Shown here piece after piece: positions 22,823 to 31,781 of a DNA stretch of 42,050 nt. Below the pieces are notes generated by a model that was given only the letters and a program-made list of their open reading frames with translations, ran no database searches and had not been told where the DNA came from. This DNA is from a virus (taxonomy: Duplodnaviria > Heunggongvirae > Uroviricota > Caudoviricetes): IMG/VR virus record IMGVR_UViG_2609459854_000002; one strand, given 5' to 3'. A program made the position numbers and the translations under genes. Position 1 is the stretch's first letter, and each line of letters opens with the position of its first letter.

Positions 22823-22996
22823 TAAATCCTGGTGTTTGTGATGACTGGCTCTTATCTCAACGCAGCCCCTTACCGCGCGCCATATGCTCAATATCAAGCA
22901 TCAGCAATGAGATGTTTAATCTGGATTCACTCCAGAAGTGATCATCACCCTGTCTACAGAGCCAGATGTGAATGATGATGAGTAAAATTATCGCTA

Positions 22997-23455
22997 TCAT
23001 CGAAGGCATTGCGTCCTGATGTATTCCTGCAGGTAGTTAACCTGCGCGGTTATCCTGTCGATTCCACTTCGGAGACGGTAATAATTGAGTTCAGCATCTG
23101 CTGTAAGTCTTGGGCTTTCTCCATCGCCCATGCTGCTGGCTCCGGTCGTTGACTTTGCACAGGTGGCGGCGACTTGCAGGCGCTTACGACCAGCAGAAAC
23201 ATCAGCACGGAGACTTTCGATAGTCGCATTAGCATCAGCAAGCTCCTTTGTGTATCTGGCGTCAAGTTCTGCAACATCACGCTGACGCTGCTGCATGTCA
23301 GCGATGGTGGCGGTCGCCTGCTTCAGCTCACTGACTTTTTTATCACGCTGTTCTTTGTAGGCGATGGCGTTATCACGGTAATGATTAACACCCCATGACA
23401 GGCAGACGACGATGCAGATAACCAGAGCGGAGATAATCGCGGTTACTCTGTTCAT
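22997..23455 (-). CDS. Rz: Rz i-spanin
   Basis: [34 protein letters not shown]... closely matches lambda Rz as recalled; start placed at ATG adjacent to endolysin stop. Confidence 0.85.
   Translation of the reverse strand: MNRVTAIISALVICIVVCLSWGVNHYRDNAIAYKEQRDKKVSELKQATATIADMQQRQRDVAELDARYTKELADANATIESLRADVSAGRKRLQVAATCAKSTTGASSMGDGESPRLTADAELNYYRLRSGIDRITAQVNYLQEYIRTQCLR
23050..23229 (-). CDS. Rz1: Rz1 o-spanin lipoprotein (embedded in Rz, +1 frame)
   Basis: Embedded ORF with signal/lipobox-like [10 protein letters not shown] followed by Pro-rich segment [13 protein letters not shown]; start approximate. Confidence 0.7.
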   Translation of the reverse strand: MRLSKVSVLMFLLVVSACKSPPPVQSQRPEPAAWAMEKAQDLQQMLNSIITVSEVESTG

Positions 23456-23955
23456 TGCTGACCCCACAAACAGATTTCACGCTCAATCTCACGACGAGTC
23501 ATGAGACCTTTCCATTGCTTACCGCCAGCATATGTCCAGCGACGTAGCTGATCACATGCGCCTTTGATATCGCCCTGGTTTATTTTGCGAAGAAGCGTCG
23601 ATGTTCTGAAATTGCCAGCACCCACGTTGTAAACGAATGAGTAAAGAGCGCCGCGCATTGTTTCCGGTATATCGACTTTGATGTACGGGTTAATTTGTCT
23701 GGCGACCGTGGCAAGGTCTTTATTCAGGAGAGCTTTGCATTCTGCTTCGGTATACGTTTTACCGAGCATGATGTCTTTTCCTGTATGCCCGTAACATACA
23801 GTCCATACACCAACTATGTCTTTGTAAGGATTATGTCTCACACCTTCCAGACCATCGTTACCACTTGGGCCAGTGATTAACACAGATGCTATAGCAATAG
23901 CCCCGCCACTTATCGCCGCTATTACGCTATTTCGTAGTGCCGGTGACATTGCCAT
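23452..23955 (-). CDS. SAR endolysin (lysozyme, phage 21 R-like)
   Basis: N-terminal signal-anchor-release segment [19 protein letters not shown] and body ...[29 protein letters not shown]... match P21-type lysozyme as recalled. Confidence 0.85.
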   Translation of the reverse strand: MAMSPALRNSVIAAISGGAIAIASVLITGPSGNDGLEGVRHNPYKDIVGVWTVCYGHTGKDIMLGKTYTEAECKALLNKDLATVARQINPYIKVDIPETMRGALYSFVYNVGAGNFRTSTLLRKINQGDIKGACDQLRRWTYAGGKQWKGLMTRREIEREICLWGQQ

Positions 23956-24130
23956 TCAATCTGTCCTCGCGCTCTTTGCGCTTGTAGTACCAGTTGATGC
24001 CAAATGTGCCGACAGTACAAAGAATACCAATGATGACAGCCCAGTCATTCAGGGAGAGAATGCCACCCATCGCAGTCAGTCCTCCGAAGCTGTAACTGAA
24101 CCATTCTCTGATTTTGTCCATACGGTACAT
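23927..24130 (-). CDS. Holin (class II / pinholin-like) with possible dual start
   Basis: 67-aa ORF with two hydrophobic segments and a basic C-terminus; N-terminal MYRMDK offers two Met starts typical of holin/antiholin pairs; overlaps endolysin start. Confidence 0.75.
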   Translation of the reverse strand: MYRMDKIREWFSYSFGGLTAMGGILSLNDWAVIIGILCTVGTFGINWYYKRKEREDRLNGNVTGTTK

Positions 24131-24374
24131 GCTCTACCCCTTCATTGAGGGGATTTGCTCTATTTAATTAGGAATAAGGTCGATTACTGATAGAACAAAT
24201 CCAGGCTACTGTGTTTAGTAATCAGATTTGTTCGTGACCGATATGCACGGGCAAAACGGCATGAGGTTGTTAGCGCAACCTCCTGCCACCCGCTTTCACG
24301 AAGGTCATGTGTAGAAGGCCGCAGCATAACTATCACTGATGAATTCAGGATAGCCAGTGGCTACGGCTCAGTTA

Positions 24375-24450
24375 TGGTGCTGGTTAACGGACTTGAACCG
24401 CTACCCATTCGCTTACAAGGCGACTGCTCTACCATTGGAGCTAAACCAGC
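24375..24450 (-). tRNA. tRNA, anticodon UGU (Thr) by manual fold
   Basis: Minus-strand sequence GCTGGTTTAGCTCCAATGGTAGAGCAGTCGCCTTGTAAGCGAATGGGTAGCGGTTCAAGTCCGTTAACCAGCACCA folds as a cloverleaf with 7-bp acceptor stem, canonical D and T arms, encoded CCA. Anticodon call made by hand. Confidence 0.6.
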
Positions 24451-24455
24451 ATATT

Positions 24456-24530
24456 TGGCGGGACAGCGTGGACTCGAACCACGATAAGAAGGTTAACAGC
24501 CTTCCGTAATGACCTTTATACGACTGACCC
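24456..24530 (-). tRNA. tRNA, anticodon GUU (Asn) by manual fold
   Basis: Minus-strand sequence ending ...CGTGGTTCGAGTCCACGCTGTCCCGCCA with perfect anticodon stem GAAGG/CCTTC and loop CUGUUAA; one mismatch in acceptor stem and an imperfect D stem. Confidence 0.5.
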
Positions 24531-24534
24531 AAAT

Positions 24535-24575
24535 AAAAAAAGCCACCGTTGCAACTTAAGAGTCACTAACGGCAG
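24535..24575 (-). terminator. Candidate tR'-like terminator between the Q-like gene and the tRNAs
   Basis: Minus-strand hairpin (CCGTT ... AACGG with GC clamp, long loop) followed by TTTTTTTATTT; position is right for the late-leader terminator acted on by Q. Loop is unusually long. Confidence 0.35.
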
Positions 24576-24593
24576 CTTACCCTCTAATTATGG

Positions 24594-25112
24594 CTAAATG
24601 GCTAATTGCATGTCAAGGCTTTTAACAGCAACATGCTTAACTTTCTCAACACGTTTACGCATTTTAAAAGCATTTTGCATTGGTTGGTACAAAACAAATA
24701 ATGACGCTTTCAGGATATCGTCAATTTCGTTTCTACAGGTTGCCAGTGAAGGTTTTCTCCATCCCTCGCCACCGCGTCCACACATCTTGCGTGGCTTTGC
24801 AGTCGCGTGATAGTAGGATGCAATTGCTCTCTTAGATGAACCATGAGCGTAGTAGCTGAGGAGGATGCCAAAGGCTTTCTTGTCAATGTACATGACGGAA
24901 TCGACGACCTGAGAAATCAACATTCCATCATCATCATTGCACATTGGCCTTGTCATAACTCTTCCCGGCTCTACGCTCTCCATGAACTTCGCTATTACGC
25001 TGCTCATGCGCTTTTCAAGACGACCTGAATAAACCCATGCGCCCCACAGTTCAAGCCAGCCATTCAGCCACTCGTGCTGTTCTTTGGTGAGGTTTAGCTC
25101 TCTTATGCTCAT
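24594..25112 (-). CDS. Late-gene antiterminator, Q-like (phage 21/82-type family; tentative)
   Basis: 172-aa ORF directly upstream of the tRNA/lysis block and downstream of ninH, the position of Q; sequence not lambda-Q-like. Family call is mainly positional. Confidence 0.5.
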   Translation of the reverse strand: MSIRELNLTKEQHEWLNGWLELWGAWVYSGRLEKRMSSVIAKFMESVEPGRVMTRPMCNDDDGMLISQVVDSVMYIDKKAFGILLSYYAHGSSKRAIASYYHATAKPRKMCGRGGEGWRKPSLATCRNEIDDILKASLFVLYQPMQNAFKMRKRVEKVKHVAVKSLDMQLAI

Positions 25113-25297
25113 CGTCTTCCCTTTTTGCCTGGCGTGACCATCAGGACGCCGTTAACTATTACGTGACGCTCGCCTTTGCTGTCTCGGTTGTACTTGAGCA
25201 CTGTTCCTCTTGCGCAGGAAAGCATCCTTGCCACTTCGGTCTGATTGCCTCGTGTCTGGATAAGAAGCTCTGGTATCGTTTGAATTGTGGCGTTCAT
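25109..25297 (-). CDS. ninH: NinH-like protein
   Basis: MNATIQTIPELLIQTRGNQTEVARMLSCARGTVLKY... resembles lambda NinH as recalled. Confidence 0.7.
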   Translation of the reverse strand: MNATIQTIPELLIQTRGNQTEVARMLSCARGTVLKYNRDSKGERHVIVNGVLMVTPGKKGRR

Positions 25298-25656
25298 ACG
25301 TTCTCCAGTTCGGTGATTTTTATTCCAAGCCTTCCGCCTGGTACTTTCACACCACGAATTACGCGAATGTCATCGAATTGCTCGTCGTCTTCCGCAAATC
25401 CGGCGTGGATAAGGGAGTCGAGTAAACCTTTCAGGATGTTATCGAGGTCGCGGCGGCGGGAGTCTGGAACGTCTGCGATGACTTTGATACGGAGTCGTGA
25501 TTTGGTGAAAATGTCTAACTTGAGTTGGCGGATGATTTGCTGAACGTCTTTTCGGTATTTCTGGCCTTTATCGCTGATGTAGTATTGGCTTCCCCGTCTT
25601 CGCCAGTAGGAATTCACCGATGGCGGGTATGGAAGCACAAACTGATATTCGTTCAT
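25294..25656 (-). CDS. rusA: RusA-family Holliday junction resolvase
   Basis: 120 aa; motifs ...PPSVNSYW... and ...DSRRRDLDNILKGLLDSL... match RusA as recalled. Confidence 0.85.
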   Translation of the reverse strand: MNEYQFVLPYPPSVNSYWRRRGSQYYISDKGQKYRKDVQQIIRQLKLDIFTKSRLRIKVIADVPDSRRRDLDNILKGLLDSLIHAGFAEDDEQFDDIRVIRGVKVPGGRLGIKITELENV

Positions 25657-25943
25657 GGTTTAATCTTCCCCTCCTTCAGCAGTATCGCCTGCGTCCTGAT
25701 CACGCCTTCGAGGTGGTAAAGTCTGGCGTCTTTGTTGTCGAGATTATGGGTGCGTCGGTCGATCTCCGCGTGGCAGTCACTACAAGCCCATGCACCGATC
25801 AGGTCGTCAGGCTTCATCCCCGTTCCGCAAATTCCAGCCATCCGGTAATGTGCCAGAACTGTAGTTTCAGGATTGCCATTGCATACGCCGTAAATACGTA
25901 CCTGACATTCTCTTCCGCGTGCTTCTTTGCGTAGGTTAGCCAT
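25653..25943 (-). CDS. DUF1364-like Cys-rich nin-region protein
   Basis: 96 aa with C...C and CSDCH motifs; resembles a conserved lambdoid nin-region family from memory. Confidence 0.5.
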   Translation of the reverse strand: MANLRKEARGRECQVRIYGVCNGNPETTVLAHYRMAGICGTGMKPDDLIGAWACSDCHAEIDRRTHNLDNKDARLYHLEGVIRTQAILLKEGKIKP

Positions 25944-26212
25944 TATGGTTCGCTCCAGTAATTCTCAATTGCAGCAGCCATTCTCTGCATCCACTCTGCC
26001 AGCTTTAACGCGGCTTCTCTTTCAGAACCACATTTAGGGAAATCCTTCATTTCCATGCTGGCCTTATATGTTCTGAATGCCAGGTCTCCGGTAATAACCA
26101 GCTCCTGATCAAGCACAGAGCGTTTATTCCGGTGCTGAACGTAATAGACAGATTCAGTCCGCATTTCTTCTCTGTCTTTTTTGAATGAAATAAGCTCAGA
26201 GAAATCACTCAT
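25943..26212 (-). CDS. Hypothetical nin-region protein
   Basis: 89-codon ORF in operon orientation; no family recognised. Confidence 0.45.
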   Translation of the reverse strand: MSDFSELISFKKDREEMRTESVYYVQHRNKRSVLDQELVITGDLAFRTYKASMEMKDFPKCGSEREAALKLAEWMQRMAAAIENYWSEP

Positions 26213-26387
26213 CGTCTTCTTCCTCGTACATTGAGCTATTCGGATCGCTCATCAGTTCTGCACAGCAATCGGAGCACACATGAACTTCCAGCACATGCAG
26301 CTTCTGACCGCAGTTAGCGCACGTTAAAGCCCGCTCGACGCTTTCTTTCTGGTATTGAAGGGATTGGGATGGGCTAAGCATTAACAA
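26205..26387 (-). CDS. Small zinc-ribbon-like protein
   Basis: 60 aa with two CxxC pairs (CANCGQ ... CSDCC) and acidic tail. Confidence 0.4.
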   Translation of the reverse strand: MLMLSPSQSLQYQKESVERALTCANCGQKLHVLEVHVCSDCCAELMSDPNSSMYEEEDDE

Positions 26388-27324
26388 CCTCCATACAAAC
26401 TTTCACGAATGCCGTTGCTACTTCTGCATTGATTGCGTTTCCATATCCAATAATTCGCTGATCTTGATTGCGCTTTGCCATTCTTCCCAGTGTGGACTTG
26501 CCTCGTCCCAAGCTTTTGGCAATGCCATTAACCATCGGGAATGAGCCGGGTCTAACTGGACGATATTTTTCATCTCTACAGTAAAGCCAGTCTGCATCTC
26601 TCCAGAAGCCGTTAACCGGTAATGGGTACATAGCTTCACCGTCCCGGGAAGTTTCAAGCAGATTCTTGGGGTTCCGCTCTTGTCTTTTCCGCTGTAGCAA
26701 TGCGTTGAACCTGTTGCATCGTTCGCTAAAGGAGTTTGCCATCCAGCTAGTCTCACGCATCCAGATAGGTTCTGAATTCCCCTGCGTGTCTCTGGCTGAA
26801 AGTTGATATTTGTCGTTGGAGTAGGCCACCCAATACAATCGCTGCCTGATGTGCGGAGAACCGAAGCCCGCAGCGCAAATATCGGTACCTGCAGAGGTGT
26901 AGTTCGCACCTTCCAAGTCAGTTTGTACAAGGTCGAGCCAAGCGAGGCCGTCTGCGCTTGCAACCTGTTCGCCAATAACGATGCCAGGATTGCATTTTTC
27001 AATAAGCCAGAAGAATGCCGGCCATAAGTGCCGCTCGTCATCAACCCCTTTTCCTTTGCCTGCCGAGCTGAAAGGTTGGCATGGGCAACTTCCTGTCCAG
27101 ATACTCTTGTTGTCTGGCCATCCTGCTTTTCTAAGTGCATAGCTCCAAACTCCGATTCCTGCAAAAAAGTGGTGCTGGGTAAATCCTCGCAAATCACCTG
27201 GTGTGACATCTTCAATACTCCTTTCATCTACATAACCGGGGGCAATTTCTCCAGCTTCAATTAAGTTACGCAGCCATTGCGCTGCATACGGATCTATTTC
27301 GTTGTAATACGCAGTCATCGTCAT
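26374..27324 (-). CDS. DNA (cytosine-5)-methyltransferase (orphan, no adjacent restriction gene seen)
   Basis: Contains FAGIGV (AdoMet-binding motif I-like) and PCQPFS (catalytic motif IV PC dipeptide); start placed at ATG adjacent to ninE stop. Confidence 0.8.
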   Translation of the reverse strand: MTMTAYYNEIDPYAAQWLRNLIEAGEIAPGYVDERSIEDVTPGDLRGFTQHHFFAGIGVWSYALRKAGWPDNKSIWTGSCPCQPFSSAGKGKGVDDERHLWPAFFWLIEKCNPGIVIGEQVASADGLAWLDLVQTDLEGANYTSAGTDICAAGFGSPHIRQRLYWVAYSNDKYQLSARDTQGNSEPIWMRETSWMANSFSERCNRFNALLQRKRQERNPKNLLETSRDGEAMYPLPVNGFWRDADWLYCRDEKYRPVRPGSFPMVNGIAKSLGRGKSTLGRMAKRNQDQRIIGYGNAINAEVATAFVKVCMEVVNA

Positions 27325-27497
27325 TTCCTCGCACGATGTCTTAGCCACCGGATATCCCACAGGTGAGCCGTGTAGTTGAAGGTTTTTACGTCAGATTCTT
27401 TTGGGATTGGCTTGCGTTTATTTCTGGAGCGTTTCGTTGGAAGGTATTTGCAGTTTTCGCAGATGATATCGGTGAAACTTCGTCGCTGTCGCCTCAT
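27321..27497 (-). CDS. ninE: NinE-like protein
   Basis: [58 protein letters not shown] matches lambda NinE as recalled. Confidence 0.7.
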   Translation of the reverse strand: MRRQRRSFTDIICENCKYLPTKRSRNKRKPIPKESDVKTFNYTAHLWDIRWLRHRARK

Positions 27498-27937
27498 GCC
27501 GCCCTGTCTCCCCATCTCGCTTTCCACTCCAGAGCCAGTCGCGCTTCGTCTGACCACTTAACGCCACGTTCTGTACCGAATGCCTGTATAAGCTCTAATA
27601 GCTCCGCAAATTCGCTTACACGCATCCTGCTGGTTGACTGGCCTATTACCACAAAGCCATTCCCGGCAAGGTTAGGAACAACATCCTGCTGCTTTAATGC
27701 TGCGGTAAACACACACTTCCAGCTTTCTGCATCCAGCCAGCGACCATGCCATTCAACCTGACGAGAGACGTCACCAAGGCAAGCCCAAAGCTTTCGATTC
27801 TGGTCTAAGCTGCGGTTGCGTTCCTGAATGGTTACTACGATTGGTTTGGTTGGGTCTGGAAGAATTTGCTGTACCGCGTGAATAGCGTTCTGCTGATGGA
27901 TGGGGCTTCTTAGTTCAAACGTTAGTTTCCTCACCAT
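27494..27937 (-). CDS. ninB: NinB (Orf) recombination mediator
   Basis: 147 aa; near-identical to lambda NinB as recalled (…[56 protein letters not shown]…). Confidence 0.85.
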   Translation of the reverse strand: MVRKLTFELRSPIHQQNAIHAVQQILPDPTKPIVVTIQERNRSLDQNRKLWACLGDVSRQVEWHGRWLDAESWKCVFTAALKQQDVVPNLAGNGFVVIGQSTSRMRVSEFAELLELIQAFGTERGVKWSDEARLALEWKARWGDRAA

Positions 27938-28081
27938 TTACGCTCCTGTAATCGTCAAGTGCAGCTGCAATAGTCCCTATCGGGTCATGGTCTTGTCCGA
28001 TAATCTCATTTACGTTTTCATCTTCTTCCACACCGAAAAAGAATCGCAGGGCTAACATGATTTCTTCGTATGCGCTCATAC

Positions 28082-28333
28082 TCACTCCTTCACTTTGATT
28101 CCAGCGGCGCGGATGGCGTCAGCGCAATAATCGATAGCGCAGTTGTGTCCTTTGTCGAAATCATCCTCAGCCATCACTTTGTCATCGAGTTTTATCTCGA
28201 TAGCTGCGCGAGACTTAACCCATGACTGCCAGGCAATCATCTTGATGGCCTGAACGTGAAGTTCTTCGCTGTTGTTAATAGACTCGAACTCTTCACCAAA
28301 CCACTCCAAAAACTGCTTTCTTGATTCGTCCAT
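28082..28333 (-). CDS. Hypothetical acidic protein
   Basis: ORF 28082..28345 in track; likely start at second ATG (MDESRKQF) which has GGAG upstream. Confidence 0.4.
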   Translation of the reverse strand: MDESRKQFLEWFGEEFESINNSEELHVQAIKMIAWQSWVKSRAAIEIKLDDKVMAEDDFDKGHNCAIDYCADAIRAAGIKVKE

Positions 28334-28360
28334 ATCACTCTCCATCGATGATTTTTTGGG

Positions 28361-28543
28361 TTACCAATAATATTTGATAGTCGCCATAATTATCGGTAGC
28401 AACGCGCAGACGACTGAAAACCGTAAAACAAAACCTACCCCCAATATGCGATATGCATTATTCCAGAGAACAAAACTCATCATCAGAAGGAATCCATGAA
28501 AAATCGCGACAAGAAATAAACTACAAATAAACGCATTTACCAT
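28361..28543 (-). CDS. Small two-helix membrane protein
   Basis: 60 aa almost entirely hydrophobic (…FICSLFLVAIFHGFLLMMSFVLW… …VVCALLPIIMATIKYYW); GAGG upstream of ATG. Confidence 0.4.
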   Translation of the reverse strand: MVNAFICSLFLVAIFHGFLLMMSFVLWNNAYRILGVGFVLRFSVVCALLPIIMATIKYYW

Positions 28544-28629
28544 CGGTACTTACCCCTCGCTCTTAATCCAATAAAAAAGGGCTACTGTGTAAATAGCCCC
28601 TGTTATTAGCTCAGTGATGTAGATGGTCA

Positions 28630-30066
28630 TCAGAATCCTCCTTTCTTCTTGGACTGCGGTTCCTCGCGTTCACGGCGGCGCATTTCAGCAGACTGTTGGT
28701 CTGTGTCATAAATAGCGCCATTTGCCTGAATGCAATACACCGTGCCGGTATTGCCATGACGATTGAGACGAAGGATTAGTTCGGTTTCACCAGGTGGAAC
28801 ACTGTCATCAAAAGCGCCTTCACGATGGATCCCAACCCAATAATCGCAATCCTGTTCAATCTGCCCTGTATCTCGTGAGTCACTTGGTAATGGGCGTTTA
28901 TTGGTTCGGCTTTCCAGTGCGCGGTTAAGCTGTGTCAGAAGCACAACAACGCAATCAAGCTCTTTGGCAAGGTTCTTCAGTCCTTTGGTGATCATGCCGT
29001 AAGCAAGGTCGTTGCGATCGGCCTTCTCAGCAGTCATTAGTGTCAGGTAATCGACCAGAATCATGCCAACACATCCTTTTTCTCGCTTGATTCGACGGCT
29101 TTCGCTGACGATTTGAGCCAGAGATAATCCCGGCGTGTCGTCGATGTAAAGCATGTCGATTTCACTCAAGCGATTGGCTGTTTCGATCGCCCTGTTGAAG
29201 TCACCATCGTAATCACCCTGATAGCCGTCATCGGCGTCATTTGTCGCCGGAAGGTAAAAAATATTCGGGTTAACACCAGACTTCTGCCCTACCAGTTTTT
29301 CCAGTATCTGATCACCTGGCATTTCAAGGCTGAACATCAGAGCGGGCTTTTTCTCATGCACTGCGCAGTTGATTGCCATCTGGCTGTATAGCGTCGTTTT
29401 CCCCATCTTAGGGCGAGCGCCAATGACAAACAGAGAGCCTTTCACCAGACCTTTCGGTGACAGCATCCTGTCCAGCGATGGGATCCCTGTGCTCATTCCT
29501 CGCTGTTCGCCTGACGGGTCAAATCGCTTCTCAAGGTCGCTAACCCAGTCTTCCATGACCTCACCAAATGAGCGAAGGCCGCGACGCGATCCGGTTTTTG
29601 CATGGTCTGTCAGTTGCGTGAAAATCGCCTGAATAGCTTCGTACTTCTGCGTTGCAGTCATTCCGTTGCGGGAATAGAGCAATTCCGTCGCTTCAGTCAT
29701 GCGGTTGATGGCGTAGCGTTCCATTGCGGTTTCACGAACCTGCATTGCATAGGCAACGATGTTTGCTGCGCTTGGCGTGTTCTTTGCGATCTCAGCGATA
29801 TAAGCAAAACCGCCAACAGACGCCGTTAACGATTTACGCTCCAGTTCATCGAAAAGCGTCAGGCCATCTACTGGCTTTTGCTCCCGGTGCATTCTGGTTA
29901 TTTCTTCGAAAAGGATTTTGTGTGGTCGGCTGTAAAATGAATCGGGCTTCAGCATCGCTAGAACTTTCTGGACGCGCTCACTGCTGTCATCATCCAGAAG
30001 CAATCCACCAATCACCGCCTGCTCTGCCTCGATGCTATGGGGCGGAGCATAAAAATTATCGGTCAT
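28630..30066 (-). CDS. Replicative DNA helicase, DnaB-like (P22 gp12-like)
   Basis: Walker A GARPKMGKTT and DnaB-type motifs; start placed at MTDNFYAPPHS. Confidence 0.85.
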   Translation of the reverse strand: MTDNFYAPPHSIEAEQAVIGGLLLDDDSSERVQKVLAMLKPDSFYSRPHKILFEEITRMHREQKPVDGLTLFDELERKSLTASVGGFAYIAEIAKNTPSAANIVAYAMQVRETAMERYAINRMTEATELLYSRNGMTATQKYEAIQAIFTQLTDHAKTGSRRGLRSFGEVMEDWVSDLEKRFDPSGEQRGMSTGIPSLDRMLSPKGLVKGSLFVIGARPKMGKTTLYSQMAINCAVHEKKPALMFSLEMPGDQILEKLVGQKSGVNPNIFYLPATNDADDGYQGDYDGDFNRAIETANRLSEIDMLYIDDTPGLSLAQIVSESRRIKREKGCVGMILVDYLTLMTAEKADRNDLAYGMITKGLKNLAKELDCVVVLLTQLNRALESRTNKRPLPSDSRDTGQIEQDCDYWVGIHREGAFDDSVPPGETELILRLNRHGNTGTVYCIQANGAIYDTDQQSAEMRRREREEPQSKKKGGF

Positions 30067-30946
30067 CGTGTTCACCCTCACGAACTTTCAGGTAGGTATT
30101 ATCGTTAAGCAGGAAATCAAATCCCTTTTTGTGCCAGACAGTTCCGCGTTGATGGTTTGGGCGTTCTTCGAACATCCATCGGCAATTTTCGCCTACGTAG
30201 CTCAAATAATTTCTCCAGTCCTGCATCGTGAACCCATGCCCGTCAAGCTGGCGGGTTATCACTCCGGCTTTGCGCCAGAACGTTCGGATCTGGTTTTTAC
30301 GCTTGTCATTCAGTGCGCGGATTTTTGGCGCTTCAGGAAGGATTTCGTGGTAAGCATCGACAACATCCTGACAGCTGACGGAAGGTTTTTTCTTGTCAGA
30401 CTTTTTGTCTGCTGTGGCACTCTCTAATACGTCAGTATTAGAGATATTATTTATATTATTGTTTATGGACAACCGTTGGACAACCGTTGGACAATCTCCG
30501 CTGAGAGCCGCGCCATTACTGGTGTTTGCGTTGGACAACCGTTGGACAACCGTTGGACAATTTTTTGCCTGAAAATCGTCATATTTAACGATTGTAAACA
30601 GGCTAAATTTCTTCCCCATCGAGCAAATATTAAGCATCCCTTTCGACTCAAAAGTCCGTAATAAGCTCCGAACTTTGTTGTCGGGAATGAATGTTTCTCT
30701 GACCAGCGACGGGCGTCCAGTTATCATCTGACCGCGCTCAACAGTTATCGGACCGATATCCGTATTGACGACAGTAGATTCGTGATTAGCCTTGAGGATT
30801 AAGTGAAGCCAAAGATGTACTGCCTGAGAGTCCTTATAGAGCCTGCTGTCCATAAACTGGCGGTGTATAGAGACATACCCCATACTGGATGCCTCCTGAT
30901 GTTGTACAGGGTTATGCCTGTAATCAGCTAACTTAACGACGCCCAT
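30056..30946 (-). CDS. Replication initiator, O-like (P22 gp18-like) containing the origin iterons
   Basis: 296-aa ORF whose coding sequence contains the tandem iterons (encoding repeated PTVVQRLS); synteny with helicase downstream. Confidence 0.8.
   Translation of the reverse strand: MGVVKLADYRHNPVQHQEASSMGYVSIHRQFMDSRLYKDSQAVHLWLHLILKANHESTVVNTDIGPITVERGQMITGRPSLVRETFIPDNKVRSLLRTFESKGMLNICSMGKKFSLFTIVKYDDFQAKNCPTVVQRLSNANTSNGAALSGDCPTVVQRLSINNNINNISNTDVLESATADKKSDKKKPSVSCQDVVDAYHEILPEAPKIRALNDKRKNQIRTFWRKAGVITRQLDGHGFTMQDWRNYLSYVGENCRWMFEERPNHQRGTVWHKKGFDFLLNDNTYLKVREGEHDDR
30467..30565. repeat. Origin iteron array (ori) inside the O-like gene
   Basis: Six 11-bp units GGACAACCGTT (four perfect, two truncated GGACAAT...) in two clusters of three, flanked by an AT-rich stretch at 30430..30466. 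Confidence 0.75.
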
Positions 30947-31128
30947 GTTTCACTCCTGCTTTGGCTAGTCTGTAAACACCAACAAGGCGCTCTGCGAACG
31001 CCCTGTTATTTGCTGCGGCTACCACTAATCCCTCAGGTGAATCAGGGTGTCGAATCTCTTCTTTTTCCTGGTATTTCTTACGACGTTTTGTCATAATTAC
31101 TCCTGTGGATTGATCCAGTCTTTCTACA

Positions 31129-31407
31129 TCAGGCCTCGAAGAATTCGCCGTTCTTCGGGGCTTTTTCTTTTGTCAGCATTCTGGCTACTTTCTTAGCCAG
31201 CTCCGCCAACTCCTCGTCTTCAACACCCCATTCAAGAACAGCCAGAAGCATTCCCATTTTTGGGATGAAGCTGTCTTTCCATCGAGAAATTTGCGATTCA
31301 TTAATCCCTAACGCGTCGGCAACCTTTCGCTGACCACGTACAGCAATTCGATTCAGGATGTTGCTTGTAATTGCATTCGCTTTCTTGCGAGTACTTGTAA
31401 GTTGCAT
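31129..31407 (-). CDS. CII-like transcriptional activator
   Basis: Contains ...SQISRWKDSFIPKMGMLLAVLEWGVEDEELAELAKKVARML... matching the lambda CII helix-turn-helix and C-terminal region as recalled; start at internal ATG. Confidence 0.7.
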   Translation of the reverse strand: MQLTSTRKKANAITSNILNRIAVRGQRKVADALGINESQISRWKDSFIPKMGMLLAVLEWGVEDEELAELAKKVARMLTKEKAPKNGEFFEA

Positions 31408-31515
31408 ATGTAAGTATTTCCTTAACAAATAAGAAGTTATGCGCATCAACTTATGCGCGTTGTATTCCCGCATTTCGGCGGGAATGAGGACCATGACTGT
31501 TAAAGAGCAATTTGC

Positions 31516-31701
31516 TTATGCCGCTTTGCGGTAAGCGCTTTCTTGATACTTCAGGGCGCCAGCTGTAACGACTTCCAGTCGATAGGCGTCTTTCTCTGGG
31601 ATGACTTCCTTCCACTGAGAGACTGCTGCGTCGCTAATGCCTAACGCTTTAGCTACAGCACGCTGGGTTCCGAAGTGGTCGATAACATCTTTCTTGTACA
31701 T
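31516..31701 (-). CDS. cro: Cro repressor (P22 Cro-like)
   Basis: MYKKDVIDHFGTQRAVAKALGISDAAVSQWKEVIPEKDAYRLEVVTAGALKYQESAYRKAA, near-identical to P22 Cro as recalled. Confidence 0.85.
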   Translation of the reverse strand: MYKKDVIDHFGTQRAVAKALGISDAAVSQWKEVIPEKDAYRLEVVTAGALKYQESAYRKAA

Positions 31702-31781
31702 AGACTCGCTCCGAAATTAAAGAACACTTAAATTATCCACTAAAGGAATCTTAAGTCAAGTTTATTTAAGATGTCTTAACT
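31702..31781. promoter_or_regulatory. OR operator / divergent pR-pRM region
   Basis: Intergenic region between divergent cro and c2 with P22-type operator half-sites (ATTTAAG / CTTAA) e.g. ATTTAAGATGTCTTAACT at 31764..31781. Confidence 0.6.

Noticed and set aside
22830-23009. 59-codon minus-strand ORF with hydrophobic N-terminus downstream of Rz (a bor-like candidate)
   Set aside because: Its start is inside the last codons of Rz in another frame, no SD was seen, and it is followed by the terminator; insufficient support to call a gene.
24131-24374. Possible third tRNA or toxin cargo between holin and the tRNA pair
   Set aside because: No ORF of meaningful length and no sequence that folds into a cloverleaf with a canonical T arm; only hairpins were found.
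30467-30565. Tandem 11-bp direct repeats that could superficially suggest a CRISPR array
   Set aside because: Units are only 11 bp, contiguous without unique spacers, lie inside a coding gene and are flanked by an AT-rich stretch; this is a replication-origin iteron array.
30943-31092. 51-codon minus-strand ORF between the cII-like gene and the O-like gene
   Set aside because: No recognisable family and no clear SD; lambda has cII directly followed by O, so this may be non-coding leader. Left uncalled.
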